Positions 1 to 10,573 are shown, numbered from the stretch's first letter. The stretch is 64,000 nucleotides of DNA from an uncultured Candidatus Saccharibacteria bacterium (GCA_964527235.1 CAZGNC010000003.1:47809-111808); one strand, 5' to 3'. The notes: generated by a model from the sequence alone, not told the origin. Translations and numbers: made by a program.

Positions 1-9
1 TATTTTCAA

Positions 10-1191
10 ATGTCTACCGAGGATACAACTAAATGCAGTGCATGCGGTACTGGATTCGTAAATCATAAAATCTTATACGTTTTAAGTATCCTGGAAGAAA
101 CCGTGGGAAGATACGGGGATGTCTTTTTCCGTTTCGTAGTTAAGAAAAACCCACAGAAACTAACCTCTGCAGTAGAGAAAATTATTTTCAATGTATTATC
201 TTGGATTAAAATTGTGCGTTTTAGTGATGATGTCGAGAAAGCCACAACCGGACGCTCTAAGTTAATATGGGAAGAAGCCCAAAGACGCAATATCCCTATG
301 CAACAGATAATACTCTGGGGGAAATACATCGAGTATTACCGCGCACGGATTAATGGCAAAATGCTTTACTTTCAAAGCTTGCCAATCCCCCTTCATCTGC
401 CCCAAGAAGGCTACAAATGGCTAGATGAAAAGAACGAACTCTTTAAAAGACTATCTTCAGACAACATCCCCGTTCCAAAAACAAAAAAGGTTTCAAGCTG
501 GAAAGAAGCCCTATGTGCATTCAAAGAAATGCAAAAACCTGTAATTATAAAACCCAACCTAGGATCCCGAGGCCGACACACCACCACCAACATAAACACC
601 GAGGAAGAATTAAAGAGTGCATTTGACTTAGTAAGAGTCATAGCTCGTTCATGTGTAGTGCAAGAGCATCTGAAAGGTAGCGTCTGTAGAGCCACCGTAA
701 TAAATAATGAATTAGTGGGTTTCTTTAAGGCTGATCCCCCACAAGTCACTGGCGACGGATTTAGCTCGATAGAAGAATTGGTGAAATCCAAAAACAGCAA
801 CCTCCCAGATCGCCTGTCGGAGATAGTTATAAACGAAGATGTATTAAGTTTCATAAAGAGACTAGGATATACCCCCGAAAGTATCCCAAAGAAAGATGAG
901 CTAGTAAATTTATCTGCAAAAACTGGCAGAATGTATGGTGGTGTCACTGAAGAAATGCTCTCTAGTGTTCATCCTAAAATGCATTCAATATTCGCCAAGG
1001 CTGGGTCTCTCGTGCAAGCTCCCGTAGTTGGATTTGATCTCATAATAGAAGACCCAACACAAGACCCAGAAAAGGTAAGGTGGGGAATCATCGAATGCAA
1101 TTCTTTGCCATTTATTGATCTACACTACTTTGCTCTCAAAGGTCCCCAGAACAATCTCGCTGTAAATATTTGGGATTTGTGGAATAAGTAA
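10..1191 (+). CDS. ATP-grasp ligase, cyanophycin synthetase/GshAB-like (ATP-grasp half only)
   Basis: PVIIKPNLGSRGRH, VVQEHLKG, VVGFDLII and IIECNSLP ATP-grasp motifs; no Mur-ligase C-terminal domain. Confidence 0.75.
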   Translation: MSTEDTTKCSACGTGFVNHKILYVLSILEETVGRYGDVFFRFVVKKNPQKLTSAVEKIIFNVLSWIKIVRFSDDVEKATTGRSKLIWEEAQRRNIPMQQIILWGKYIEYYRARINGKMLYFQSLPIPLHLPQEGYKWLDEKNELFKRLSSDNIPVPKTKKVSSWKEALCAFKEMQKPVIIKPNLGSRGRHTTTNINTEEELKSAFDLVRVIARSCVVQEHLKGSVCRATVINNELVGFFKADPPQVTGDGFSSIEELVKSKNSNLPDRLSEIVINEDVLSFIKRLGYTPESIPKKDELVNLSAKTGRMYGGVTEEMLSSVHPKMHSIFAKAGSLVQAPVVGFDLIIEDPTQDPEKVRWGIIECNSLPFIDLHYFALKGPQNNLAVNIWDLWNK

Positions 1192-1225
1192 ACAAAAATC
1201 CCCGCCATGTGCGGGGATTTTTGTT
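1191..1225. terminator. Bidirectional intrinsic terminator
   Basis: AACAAAAATCCCCGC-catgt-GCGGGGATTTTTGTT between convergent genes. Confidence 0.85.
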
Positions 1226-1232
1226 ATTGTTA

Positions 1233-1892
1233 TTAGCTAGCAGTTTCTTTATCTATGTTTTCACCAGGTAAAGCTATTGAATCTTCTCCAATAACGTTCA
1301 TGATTGAGATAACCTGTTCAGCGTATTTAGGTACAACTGAAGGAGGGTTATAAGCACGTAGTATCTGAATAGTTGTCTTATCATCATAGTGATAAGCAGT
1401 ATTAGGGTTGTTACCACCAAGGTTGCGAGCTACTGTTTCGATGGCCTTTTCGTTAGACTCGAAACCTATCTTACAAGAACCCCATCCGAAAGGATTGTTT
1501 TCAACTCTTTTACATTCGAACTTTCCTCCTGTAGATTCTCGGACAGCAATAGCTGCGATAAGTCTCCAATCAAGGCCGTTCTTCTCAGCTTCGACAACCA
1601 TCTTCATACCCATACCTTCAAGTGGCATAGAACGCTCCCTGAAATAAGTGTCTATGGCTTCAGCCTTCATCTTCAAGATTAGGGCTTGTGGGTCTACTTT
1701 TTCCTCCTCCTTACGAGAGAAGAATCCGTTAGAACCAACATTGAACTTCTGTGACAATACAAACTCAGAAGTCGACAAGATGCTTGCGCCTGTTTGAGGC
1801 ATTGTAGAAGCAGCACCTAGGGAACCTGACATACTTATAACCGGAAACAAGATAAACGCTTGAGCTATACGTATTAATTTATTGTTTTGCAT
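1233..1892 (-). CDS. Secreted lysozyme-like/glucosaminidase-fold cell-wall protein
   Basis: Signal-like N-terminus; LDWRLIAAIAVRESTGG...NNPFGWG...AYNP..YAEQV; start moved to MQNNK. Confidence 0.6.
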   Translation of the reverse strand: MQNNKLIRIAQAFILFPVISMSGSLGAASTMPQTGASILSTSEFVLSQKFNVGSNGFFSRKEEEKVDPQALILKMKAEAIDTYFRERSMPLEGMGMKMVVEAEKNGLDWRLIAAIAVRESTGGKFECKRVENNPFGWGSCKIGFESNEKAIETVARNLGGNNPNTAYHYDDKTTIQILRAYNPPSVVPKYAEQVISIMNVIGEDSIALPGENIDKETAS

Positions 1893-2000
1893 AATTGGCG
1901 ATTGTGCTTCGCCGAACCAGTGAAAGTGATACAAACCGACTTAAAATTAAAAAATCCTTATTTAATAAAGCTTACGCGATACTACTAAGGACTTACGTAT

Positions 2001-2029
2001 ATGATAGCATAAACCAACCCAAAAGTCAA
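2001..2029 (-). promoter_or_regulatory. Sigma70 promoter of the lysozyme-like gene
   Basis: TTGACT-17-TATCAT with extended TG on the minus strand. Confidence 0.6.
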
Positions 2030-2103
2030 TAGTTAGACAATAAATTTGCCGTCTGTCAAATCAAAAAAACCTTGCAAAATAAGGCTTTTTTAGCTATATA
2101 CCC

Positions 2104-2133
2104 TTGACAATATAGGCTATAAATCAGTATAAT
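2104..2133 (+). promoter_or_regulatory. Consensus sigma70 promoter pointing antisense into the murC 3' end
   Basis: TTGACA-18-TATAAT. Confidence 0.5.
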
Positions 2134-2140
2134 TTAGGTG

Positions 2141-3436
2141 TTATTTCAAGCCGAACACTTTGTTGGTAATCTTGTATGCCTCCCCCGCCCCCATAGTGAC
2201 AAAAACATCCCCTTTACCTAGGTGAAGACTAGCGACAAACTGCTCTAAATCCTCGAAACTGGCAAAAGATTGGGAGTTTTGACTGTACTCCTGTACTTTT
2301 TCTGATAATTTTTCACTAGAAATACTTGGGTCCGGATCTTCCCTGGCAAAGTATATAGGTAAAAATAGTACCTGATCAGCATCGCTGAAGCTCTGACTAA
2401 ACTCATCGAAGAAGGCCCGAGTGCGACTGTATAGATGTGGTTGAAAGACCACGGTCAGCTTTTTGTCCCCCTTTGGGTAAATTCCCCTAAGAGCCCTGAG
2501 GCTCGCCCGGACTTCGGTCGGATGGTGAGCATAATCGTCGTAGATAATGAGCCCATTCGGGAGCTCGGCCCTCTTTTCAAGGCGTCTCCAAGTACCAGCG
2601 AACTCTGCCAGAGAATCCTGGGCGACTTTTTCATCTACACCAAGTACATCTGCCACCGCAAGTGCTACTGCAGCATCCATGCGGTTGTGCTCACCAGGAA
2701 CTTTGAGCTCTGGGACCTTTTGTAAAAAATTAGAATATTCAGTAATCTTGTATTCGCTTTGATCTAGGAATTTATTAAATGCGTCTTTGATATCATCTAG
2801 GTCTTTATAGCAGTCCAAGTGGTCGGCTTCGATGTTGGTAATAGCCCCGACAAACGGATGGAAGTTGAGCATGTGTCTGTTGTACTCGTCTGCTTCAACT
2901 ACAAGATATTCACTTTTACCTGCACGAAAATTACTACCGAATTTCTTCACAAACGACCCTACGATAACTGTCGGGTCAAGTCCTGCGTCCGCCAGAATTC
3001 CCGCGACCATAGCGGTCGTGGTAGTTTTACCATGAGTACCTGAAATCGCGATAACTTTGTATTCTTTCGCGACCTCACCAAGTGCTTCGAAGTAGCTAAG
3101 CACTGGTTTGCCAGTACGCCTCGCTTCTTCTAGAATCTCTGGCCCGCGATACAGCCACGCATCAGAATAGATATACAAATCTGCTTCGGGTAGAGAAGTA
3201 AACTTCTGCGAATGGTCGACGTTGCCAAGCAGGAGATCCTGAGCAGGAGTTTGCTTCTCTTTTAAAAAAACTTTGATTCCGGCACTTCTTAACAAATTTA
3301 CAGTGTCCCCCTCTTCATCATTTAACCCGAGAACTTCTACACCCCTACTCTGAAACATCTGAGCCAAAGCCGAAATACCGATACCACCTATACCTATACA
3401 GAACACTTTTTTAATTTTTGAAATTTCTAATTGCAT
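2141..3436 (-). CDS. murC: UDP-N-acetylmuramate--L-alanine ligase
   Basis: GIGGIGISALA, GTHGKTTT, VEADE, DDYAHHPTE and VFQPHLYSRT motifs. Confidence 0.95.
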   Translation of the reverse strand: MQLEISKIKKVFCIGIGGIGISALAQMFQSRGVEVLGLNDEEGDTVNLLRSAGIKVFLKEKQTPAQDLLLGNVDHSQKFTSLPEADLYIYSDAWLYRGPEILEEARRTGKPVLSYFEALGEVAKEYKVIAISGTHGKTTTTAMVAGILADAGLDPTVIVGSFVKKFGSNFRAGKSEYLVVEADEYNRHMLNFHPFVGAITNIEADHLDCYKDLDDIKDAFNKFLDQSEYKITEYSNFLQKVPELKVPGEHNRMDAAVALAVADVLGVDEKVAQDSLAEFAGTWRRLEKRAELPNGLIIYDDYAHHPTEVRASLRALRGIYPKGDKKLTVVFQPHLYSRTRAFFDEFSQSFSDADQVLFLPIYFAREDPDPSISSEKLSEKVQEYSQNSQSFASFEDLEQFVASLHLGKGDVFVTMGAGEAYKITNKVFGLK

Positions 3437-4741
3437 TTATTTCAGTTTTTTAACCAAATTCATAAACTTCTCTCCCCTGTCATATTCATTTTTAAACATA
3501 TTAAAAGATGCAAAGGCTGGGCTAAATAATATAATATCCCCTGCTTTGGCGAATTTGTACGCTCTTTTAACGGCTTCGGCTAAATCTTTAACTTTTTCTA
3601 AATCTGCTTTCACATTCACCTTATCACTTCCCGCCCCTGGAGTAAGATATATCCTCTTGGTCCTTTCTGGGAGAATCTTCAGTAATTGCTCCAATGGCAA
3701 CTTCTTGTCCATACCACCCATTATCAAAATAACTTTCTCAGAAAAAGAATTTAGCGCAGCGATTGTCGCATCCGGGGTAGTAGAATTTGTATCATTAAAT
3801 ATTCTCACGCCGTTAAACTTGCGCGCTAATTCTAGCCTACCAGGCATGGTTTTAAACCCTTCTACCGCTTTACGGACCTTATCTTCATCTATATTTAAAA
3901 GCTTGGCAACTTCGATCGCACAAGCAATATTCTCTAAGTTGTGAGCCCCCGGAACTTTGATTTTCCAGTCTACGGGAACTTTATCAGGATCAGCTACCAG
4001 AGTCTTCTGTGGACCCTTCGGAATTTTATCCGCAAGATTTTTGCCAACAACCAATGCATCTCCCTTCTTCTGAAATTTATACACATAAGACTTGTCTAAG
4101 AAATATTGATTCATATCTTCACGGTAGTAATTCATATGATCTGGCATGAAGTTAGTGAAAACTGCAATGTTGGGTGAGATCATCGCCTCGCCGAAACCCT
4201 GCAACTGCCAAGAAGATAATTCAAATACTGCAATGTCTCCTGGCTTTACTTTTTTAAGCAGTGGTAGAGCTGCTGTACCTAAAACATTTCCTCCTAAATA
4301 CACCCGCACACCTGCGCTCTTTAAGATTTTATAAATTAGCGCAGTAGTAGTGCTCTTTCCACGAGTGCCAGTAATACCGATAATTTTGACTTCAGGTGCT
4401 AACTTTGCAAAAAGCGATTCATCCATCTCAACTGGAATGCCTTGCTCGCGTGCATGCGCGATATAGGGAGAATCAAGCGCTACTCCCTGGCCCTTTAGTA
4501 TAAAATCTTTATCTTCAAAGTCTTCAAATCTATGTTCGCCTAAAACATAAGTAATATTATCCTCGTACTTAGCTAATTTCTTTACAGAGGGTAGAAGCTC
4601 TTTTCTAGTCTTAAGATCAGTGACTGTGATATGCGCACCGCATTCCGCCATAAAAGCAATATCACCCAAGCGCTTACCCAGAAGCCCGAGCCCTACGACA
4701 GTAACATGCTTATCTTTGAAATATTTCTTATAATCAACCAT
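3437..4741 (-). CDS. murD: UDP-MurNAc-L-Ala--D-glutamate ligase
   Basis: GITGTRGKSTT, ELSSWQL, NDTNSTTP and SPAFASFNMFKNEYDRG motifs. Confidence 0.95.
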   Translation of the reverse strand: MVDYKKYFKDKHVTVVGLGLLGKRLGDIAFMAECGAHITVTDLKTRKELLPSVKKLAKYEDNITYVLGEHRFEDFEDKDFILKGQGVALDSPYIAHAREQGIPVEMDESLFAKLAPEVKIIGITGTRGKSTTTALIYKILKSAGVRVYLGGNVLGTAALPLLKKVKPGDIAVFELSSWQLQGFGEAMISPNIAVFTNFMPDHMNYYREDMNQYFLDKSYVYKFQKKGDALVVGKNLADKIPKGPQKTLVADPDKVPVDWKIKVPGAHNLENIACAIEVAKLLNIDEDKVRKAVEGFKTMPGRLELARKFNGVRIFNDTNSTTPDATIAALNSFSEKVILIMGGMDKKLPLEQLLKILPERTKRIYLTPGAGSDKVNVKADLEKVKDLAEAVKRAYKFAKAGDIILFSPAFASFNMFKNEYDRGEKFMNLVKKLK

Positions 4742-4763
4742 TAAAATATACTACCATAACAAA

Positions 4764-4792
4764 TTGACAAATGTGAGGGATAATAATATCCT
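4764..4792 (+). promoter_or_regulatory. Promoter of the GC-rich cassette, back-to-back with the murD promoter
   Basis: TTGACA-17-TATCCT. Confidence 0.6.
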
Positions 4793-4839
4793 CTTCGTTA
4801 GATAGCAACTTGCGCTGAAACCCGAACCGGGAGGGGCAC

Positions 4840-5253
4840 ATGAAGATCACCATAGCGATAACCATCGTGTTGTCTGCCATCTTGGTAGCAATGCCCAACC
4901 CGTTTGGGTTAAGAGAAGTAAGAACGCCTGATCCACGTGAAGGACGAATCGTGAATCCTGATTCGTCGGGAGGATGGAGTGCGTACGCCAAGGGCCACGC
5001 CAAGACTCGATGCGGCGTGTACTTCTTCCGCGAGAAAGAGGGGCTGCGATTCGTATTCAGTCGCCCAGACTCGGTACGAAGAAGCAATGGTGCGAGAGAT
5101 ACTGAAAGACTCGCACTTGCAAAGAGCTTCACCGCTCAAGGAGCAGAAGAAGACACGCCTAGCGCAATCGAGCTAGGAGGATGGAAGTTCGAAATACGAA
5201 TACCAGAGGAGGACACGAAGAGTATGTCGTGTCTCAAGCAACCCCCGCCGTGA
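4840..5253 (+). CDS. GC-rich orphan protein with N-terminal hydrophobic segment (SD-led cassette)
   Basis: GGGAGG at 4829-4834, 5 nt before ATG; own promoter; hairpin CCCCCGCCG/CGGCGGGGG at 5242-5269. Confidence 0.65.
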   Translation: MKITIAITIVLSAILVAMPNPFGLREVRTPDPREGRIVNPDSSGGWSAYAKGHAKTRCGVYFFREKEGLRFVFSRPDSVRRSNGARDTERLALAKSFTAQGAEEDTPSAIELGGWKFEIRIPEEDTKSMSCLKQPPP

Positions 5254-5313
5254 ATATAGCCGGCGGGGGAAGATCGAAAGCAACACACCAAAAAATATTT
5301 GGTGTGCTTTTAT

Positions 5314-6570
5314 TTAGAATAACTTCTGAAACTCTTCAACATCATTGAAGTGGTGTTTAACCCCCTTGATGTCTTGATAATCTTCGTGACCCTTGCCGGC
5401 ACACAGAATAATATCCCCTTTCTCTGCTAAACGCATGCTTTCTTCGATAGCTTCGCGTCTGTTAGGAATAGCCTTTATGTTCTCAGAAGAACCAGGCAGA
5501 AGATCGGACTGCATTTCCCATATTATTTTCTCGGGATCTTCGTTGCGTGGATTGTCAGATGTGAAAATAGCTATATCAGAAAGTGTAGCTCCAATACGGC
5601 CCATCTTCGAACGCTTGAGCGGGTCACGGTCTCCCCCGCAACCAAAAACCGAAATTAATTTCTTACCCTCAGGTTTGATTTCGCGCGCGACCATTAGCAC
5701 TTTCTCTAAAGCGTCTGGAGTATGGGCATAATCAACGATAACCAGGACGCCCTTGGGTGAAGTGAAGTGCTCAAATCTGCCACGAGGAGGCTCGATAGTT
5801 TCTAGTATTTTATTCACTTTTGCCATATCAAAACCAAGTAAATTGCTAACAGACCAGACAGTAAGCAGGTTGTAGGCATTGAACTTCCCCAGAAGCTTTG
5901 ACTTTATATTAGTCTTTTCAAATCGCAGTTCTAAACCTGAAAAATCAGCTTTTACTAACTCTCCTCTGAAAGAATTATACAAAGTCGCGGTGCCGTCAAC
6001 GTTCGAAAATTCATAAAGATATTTTCTGGCTTGAATGCCTTCTAACATTTTCTTCCCGTACTCATCATCAGCATTAGAAAGGGCGAAGGCGCTCTCAGGA
6101 AGCATCTGGAAGAACTTCTTCTTGGCTTCAAAATATTTCTCAAATGTCTGATGATAGTCTAAGTGATCATGAGTAAGGTTGGTGAAAATCCCCCCAGCAA
6201 ACTTTATTCCTGCAACTCTATTCTGATCTACAGCGTGAGAAGAGACTTCCATAAATACATATTCGCAACCTTTTTCTACCATTTCGTCTAGAAGTTTAGT
6301 TAAAGTCACCGAATCCGGTGTGGTGTGAGTCACACCCCTAACTTCCCCAGCTATTATATTTTCTACGGTCCCAATAAGCCCTGCTTTGTATCCCAAGGCA
6401 GTTGTGATTCGATACAGAAGTGTCGCGGTAGTGGTCTTACCATTCGTACCTGTAACACCAACAACTTTCAACTTTCTAGAAGGATTGCCGAAATAGTGCC
6501 TTGCCGAAAAAGACTTTACCCTCCACCAAATCTTCTTTAGATTTTTGATAATTGGTTTCATTTTATTCAC
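5314..6570 (-). CDS. murE: UDP-MurNAc-tripeptide synthetase, meso-DAP type, lacking the N-terminal domain
   Basis: GTNGKTTT, MEVSSHA, HDHLDYH, DYAHTPD, DNPR and AGKGHE motifs. Confidence 0.95.
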   Translation of the reverse strand: MNKMKPIIKNLKKIWWRVKSFSARHYFGNPSRKLKVVGVTGTNGKTTTATLLYRITTALGYKAGLIGTVENIIAGEVRGVTHTTPDSVTLTKLLDEMVEKGCEYVFMEVSSHAVDQNRVAGIKFAGGIFTNLTHDHLDYHQTFEKYFEAKKKFFQMLPESAFALSNADDEYGKKMLEGIQARKYLYEFSNVDGTATLYNSFRGELVKADFSGLELRFEKTNIKSKLLGKFNAYNLLTVWSVSNLLGFDMAKVNKILETIEPPRGRFEHFTSPKGVLVIVDYAHTPDALEKVLMVAREIKPEGKKLISVFGCGGDRDPLKRSKMGRIGATLSDIAIFTSDNPRNEDPEKIIWEMQSDLLPGSSENIKAIPNRREAIEESMRLAEKGDIILCAGKGHEDYQDIKGVKHHFNDVEEFQKLF

Positions 6571-6781
6571 CTAAAAATTCAAAACGATGCATTTTCTTCC
6601 CCTCAAATTCTACTTCTTCTAGAAACATACCAATAGGTCTAACCCACATAGAGTAGTCATCGTAAAGCTTTCGATAAACTACTAAATCCTCACCAGTCTC
6701 AGAATGCTCTGCCACGCCCAACACTTGATACTCTTTACCCTTATAATGCCTATATCTACCAAGTTTTATATTGTTTCTCAT
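6563..6781 (-). CDS. DUF1653 family protein
   Basis: GRYRHYKG..Y.V...A.HSETGE.LVVY..LY...WVRP..MF signature. Confidence 0.9.
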   Translation of the reverse strand: MRNNIKLGRYRHYKGKEYQVLGVAEHSETGEDLVVYRKLYDDYSMWVRPIGMFLEEVEFEGKKMHRFEFLGE

Positions 6782-8013
6782 TTACTAATTCTAGCACTTT
6801 TGACCTTATATATGAAAACAAGGCCTGCGGAGAAAACGACTAGGGAACCAAATATAATAGGCACGAAAGATGCCGTTGCCGCAGCAATTACTCCAGCAAA
6901 TATTGGAGGGATGGCCTGGCCCAAAGAAGCCACCGACGAGCTGATACCCATGACTTCTCCGCGCATTTTGGGCTCAGTCTCCTTAGTCAGGAAAGATGAA
7001 AAATTTGCCATTTGCACACCATTCGGAATAGAAGCAAAAGGAACAATTATTAGTAAGTACCAGGCCTTACTTGGAAGTAAATACAGCAAAACCCCTAAAG
7101 CATTCAAAATATATGCAGGGCCTAGTATGTCGACTTCTTTATATTTCTTGGCAAGATACCTAACCACAACCACTTGCGTCACGATAATCCATACTCCGAT
7201 ATATGCAAAGAAATTCCCTATTTCTGCCGGAGAAAGACTGAATTTATTAGTTAGATACACGTTAAAGAATGAATAGAAGAAAGCACTCCCGGCATTAAAC
7301 AGGAAACCACACAAGAGAAGCATCCTTATTTCTTTTGGGAATTTCTGCGTACTGATTATATTTTTGACAGCACTAAGCATGTCCACCTTTCGCTCATGAT
7401 CTTTGTGTTCAATACTTTCTTTAAAGAAGAAATAAATCGAAAATGCATTAAACAAAGAAAAAAGTCCTGAAAATATAAATGGCGTAGATGCATTAAAGAA
7501 TGGCAAAACCGACGGAGTAGAAAGTACCCCTCCTAAAAATGGACCAACAATAAAACCCAAACCAAATGCTGCACCCATAGCGCCAAATGCTTTCGCTCTG
7601 TGCTCGTGATGTGCTGAGTCTGCGATAGCAGCTTGCGCCACTGAGATGTTCCCTCCCGTTACCCCATCAACCAATCTTGAGGCGAAGAGTAAGAAAATAT
7701 TCTTGGTAAGAATAGCGTAGGCAAAAATAAAATACGATATTGCAGTACCTAGTATAGAGATAAATAGTACTGGCTTGCGACCATATTTATCTGACATCGC
7801 TCCCAAGACAGGCGCCATGAAGAACACCGCAAAGGGATAAATCGCCATTAAAATACCAAGCAAAATCAAGCCTAAATCTACCTGGGAAGCCTGCAATAGG
7901 TAATATGGCGAATTCGGCTCACCTAGAAGTTGAGGAATAACTGGAATCAGAATACCCACTCCCAGCATGTCTAGAAAAATTGTCAGAAATAAAAACCACA
8001 GTTTTTTATTCAT
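6778..8013 (-). CDS. MFS transporter (TetA/DHA1-like)
   Basis: About 12 TM segments; GAMSDKYGRKP motif A; GFIVGPFLGG. Confidence 0.9.
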   Translation of the reverse strand: MNKKLWFLFLTIFLDMLGVGILIPVIPQLLGEPNSPYYLLQASQVDLGLILLGILMAIYPFAVFFMAPVLGAMSDKYGRKPVLFISILGTAISYFIFAYAILTKNIFLLFASRLVDGVTGGNISVAQAAIADSAHHEHRAKAFGAMGAAFGLGFIVGPFLGGVLSTPSVLPFFNASTPFIFSGLFSLFNAFSIYFFFKESIEHKDHERKVDMLSAVKNIISTQKFPKEIRMLLLCGFLFNAGSAFFYSFFNVYLTNKFSLSPAEIGNFFAYIGVWIIVTQVVVVRYLAKKYKEVDILGPAYILNALGVLLYLLPSKAWYLLIIVPFASIPNGVQMANFSSFLTKETEPKMRGEVMGISSSVASLGQAIPPIFAGVIAAATASFVPIIFGSLVVFSAGLVFIYKVKSARISK

Positions 8014-8032
8014 AGGCTATAAAGAACAAAAT

Positions 8033-10573
8033 TTAATTTATTAAAGACTTCCTGTGCTGTGGGGCGTTGATCATTCCGCATTTCTTCCATTTATAGACTT
8101 CCCCTGTTGCAGGATTTATAGCACCACATGGGCAAGGATCATTGCGACCGACTGTCTCACCAGAATGTGCTGGGGTATTAACTGTATTTTCGATATTTGA
8201 TGACTCACTTTGATTGGTAACTAGAGTTTGCTTGGGAAGGTTTGTGGCTTCTTGCGCCTGACTACGAGTAGCTTCTTCAACATTGAGTGTCTTGATAAGA
8301 GAGAAAACTTGGTCTTTAAAGGTTTCTTCCATCTCTTTGAACATAGCTAACCCATCTTTCTTGTATTCAACTATCGGCTCACGCTGACCATACGCACGAA
8401 GATTTACAGAACTACGCAAGTAATCCATAGCTTCTAGGTGTTCCATCCATAGATTGTCTGTAGTATACAGAGCGATTCTGCGTACTGTTTCTAAGAAAGC
8501 AGATTCACCTAATTTCTCCCTCTTTTCTTTGATTATTTGTTCTGCCCCCTCTACTCCCAGAGAAACTTTATCAAGAATTTCTTCGATACCTGCTTTATCA
8601 GCATGGAGCATTTTCTGACGACGTTCATATATAATCTTACGCTGATGATTCATCACATCGTCATACTCTAGAGTATGCTTACGTGCATCGAAATGAAATC
8701 CTTCGATCTTAGACTGTGCACCTTCGAGAGTTTTATTTACGAAACGATTCTCGATAGGCATATCTTCAGGAATACCAAATCTACCCATCATGCTCTTCAA
8801 CCTATCAGAGCCGAATACTCGCATAAGATCATCCTCGAGAGACACATAAAACTGAGTTTCTCCAGGGTCTCCCTGACGGCCTGCGCGACCGCGAAGCTGG
8901 TTGTCGATACGACGAGCTTCGTGTCTTTCAGTACCTATAACATATAGACCACCAGCATTTTTTACAAATTCATACTCTTCTTTAGTGTGAGGATTACCTC
9001 CGAGCTTTATGTCGATTCCGCGACCAGCCATGTTGGTAGCGATGGTTACTGCCCCACGCTTACCAGCTTGGGCAATAATCTCACCTTCCTTTTCATGATT
9101 TTTAGCGTTAAGTATTGTATGTTGCACTCCTTCTTGGCGCAGATATACCGAAAGAAGTTCATTCTTCTCAATAGAAATAGTACCCACAAGCACAGGCTGG
9201 CCTTTGAGGTTGAGCTCTTTTATCTTTTTAGCAATAGCCTGAAATTTACCCTTCTCAGTTTGAAAAATTAAATCTGAATGATCAATACGCACTACTGGAG
9301 TATTGGTTGGAACTACGATGACATCTAGACCATAAACTTTCAAAAATTCTTCTGCAGAAGTATCAGCAGTACCAGTCATACCAGAAAGCTTCTTGTAGAA
9401 TCTAAAGTAGTTCTGGAAGGTTATCGAACCCGAAGAACGAGTCTCTTTCTCGATTTTTACTCCTTCTTTCGCCTCTATAGCTTGATGTATACCCTCACTC
9501 CAGCGTCTTCCTGGTTGGAGACGTCCAGTAAAAGGATCAACGATGACGACTTCACCGTCTTTGACCACATAATCCTTATCACGCTCAAATATCGCCTGTG
9601 CTTTCACCGCAGTTTCTAAATGATGCACATATTTTATGCCTTTTTCTGTATATATATTATCTACACCCAACAATTGCTCAGCTTTACTGATACCGTCATC
9701 TGTAAGAGTAATAGCGCGAAGCTTCTCATCTACAGTATAGTCTGTATCTTTCTTTAATTGTTTAGCAATTTGGTAAAACCTAACATAAAAATCTTCAGAA
9801 TCTCCTGAAGCTGATGAAATAATCAGCGGAGTACGCGCCTCATCTATAAGAATAGAGTCGACTTCGTCCACAATAGCGTAATGGTGCTCTCGCTGAACCA
9901 GGCCTTCTGGCATCGTTGCCAAATTATCGCGTAGGTAATCAAAGCCAAATTCATGGTTCGTTCCATATGTAATATCTGCATGATATGCTTCTTTTCTTGT
10001 GCAAGGCTTCAGGAAATCATATATAACCTTGAATTCTCCGACTTCATCACGCTCTTTATCTTCCTCGACGTGTTTAGGATCATATAGATAAGAAACATTC
10101 TGAGAATTGATAACTCCAACCGAAAGCCCAAGAGAATTATAAATCTGCCCCATCAACACTGCACCCAGGCGCGCTAAATAATCATTGACTGTAATCAAAT
10201 GCGCACCTTTACCTGATATTGCATTGAGATAAAGAGGAAGAGTCGCAACTAAAGTCTTACCCTCTCCTGTTTTCATTTCGGCAATTTTACCTTTATGTAG
10301 TGCTAAACCTCCTATAAGTTGCACATCGTAGTGACGCTCACCTAGATTCCTCTTAGCTACCTCACGCACTACGGCAAAAGCCTCAGGCAAGATGTCGTCC
10401 AGACTCTCCCCCTTAGCCAATCTATCCTTAAATTCTTGGGTCTTTTTCGGGAAATCCTCGTCTTTTAGCTTAGAAATATCTGCCTCTAGGGCGTTTATTT
10501 TAGCAACGGTCTTTTTAGCCTCATTTACAAATGAAGTGCTTGTATCACCAAATATCTTACTAAAAATACTCAT
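8033..10573 (-). CDS. secA: Preprotein translocase ATPase SecA
   Basis: MKTGEGKT, DEVDSILIDEARTPLIIS, TNMAGRG, QLRGRAGRQGDPG and C-terminal GRNDPCPCG. Confidence 0.98.
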   Translation of the reverse strand: MSIFSKIFGDTSTSFVNEAKKTVAKINALEADISKLKDEDFPKKTQEFKDRLAKGESLDDILPEAFAVVREVAKRNLGERHYDVQLIGGLALHKGKIAEMKTGEGKTLVATLPLYLNAISGKGAHLITVNDYLARLGAVLMGQIYNSLGLSVGVINSQNVSYLYDPKHVEEDKERDEVGEFKVIYDFLKPCTRKEAYHADITYGTNHEFGFDYLRDNLATMPEGLVQREHHYAIVDEVDSILIDEARTPLIISSASGDSEDFYVRFYQIAKQLKKDTDYTVDEKLRAITLTDDGISKAEQLLGVDNIYTEKGIKYVHHLETAVKAQAIFERDKDYVVKDGEVVIVDPFTGRLQPGRRWSEGIHQAIEAKEGVKIEKETRSSGSITFQNYFRFYKKLSGMTGTADTSAEEFLKVYGLDVIVVPTNTPVVRIDHSDLIFQTEKGKFQAIAKKIKELNLKGQPVLVGTISIEKNELLSVYLRQEGVQHTILNAKNHEKEGEIIAQAGKRGAVTIATNMAGRGIDIKLGGNPHTKEEYEFVKNAGGLYVIGTERHEARRIDNQLRGRAGRQGDPGETQFYVSLEDDLMRVFGSDRLKSMMGRFGIPEDMPIENRFVNKTLEGAQSKIEGFHFDARKHTLEYDDVMNHQRKIIYERRQKMLHADKAGIEEILDKVSLGVEGAEQIIKEKREKLGESAFLETVRRIALYTTDNLWMEHLEAMDYLRSSVNLRAYGQREPIVEYKKDGLAMFKEMEETFKDQVFSLIKTLNVEEATRSQAQEATNLPKQTLVTNQSESSNIENTVNTPAHSGETVGRNDPCPCGAINPATGEVYKWKKCGMINAPQHRKSLIN

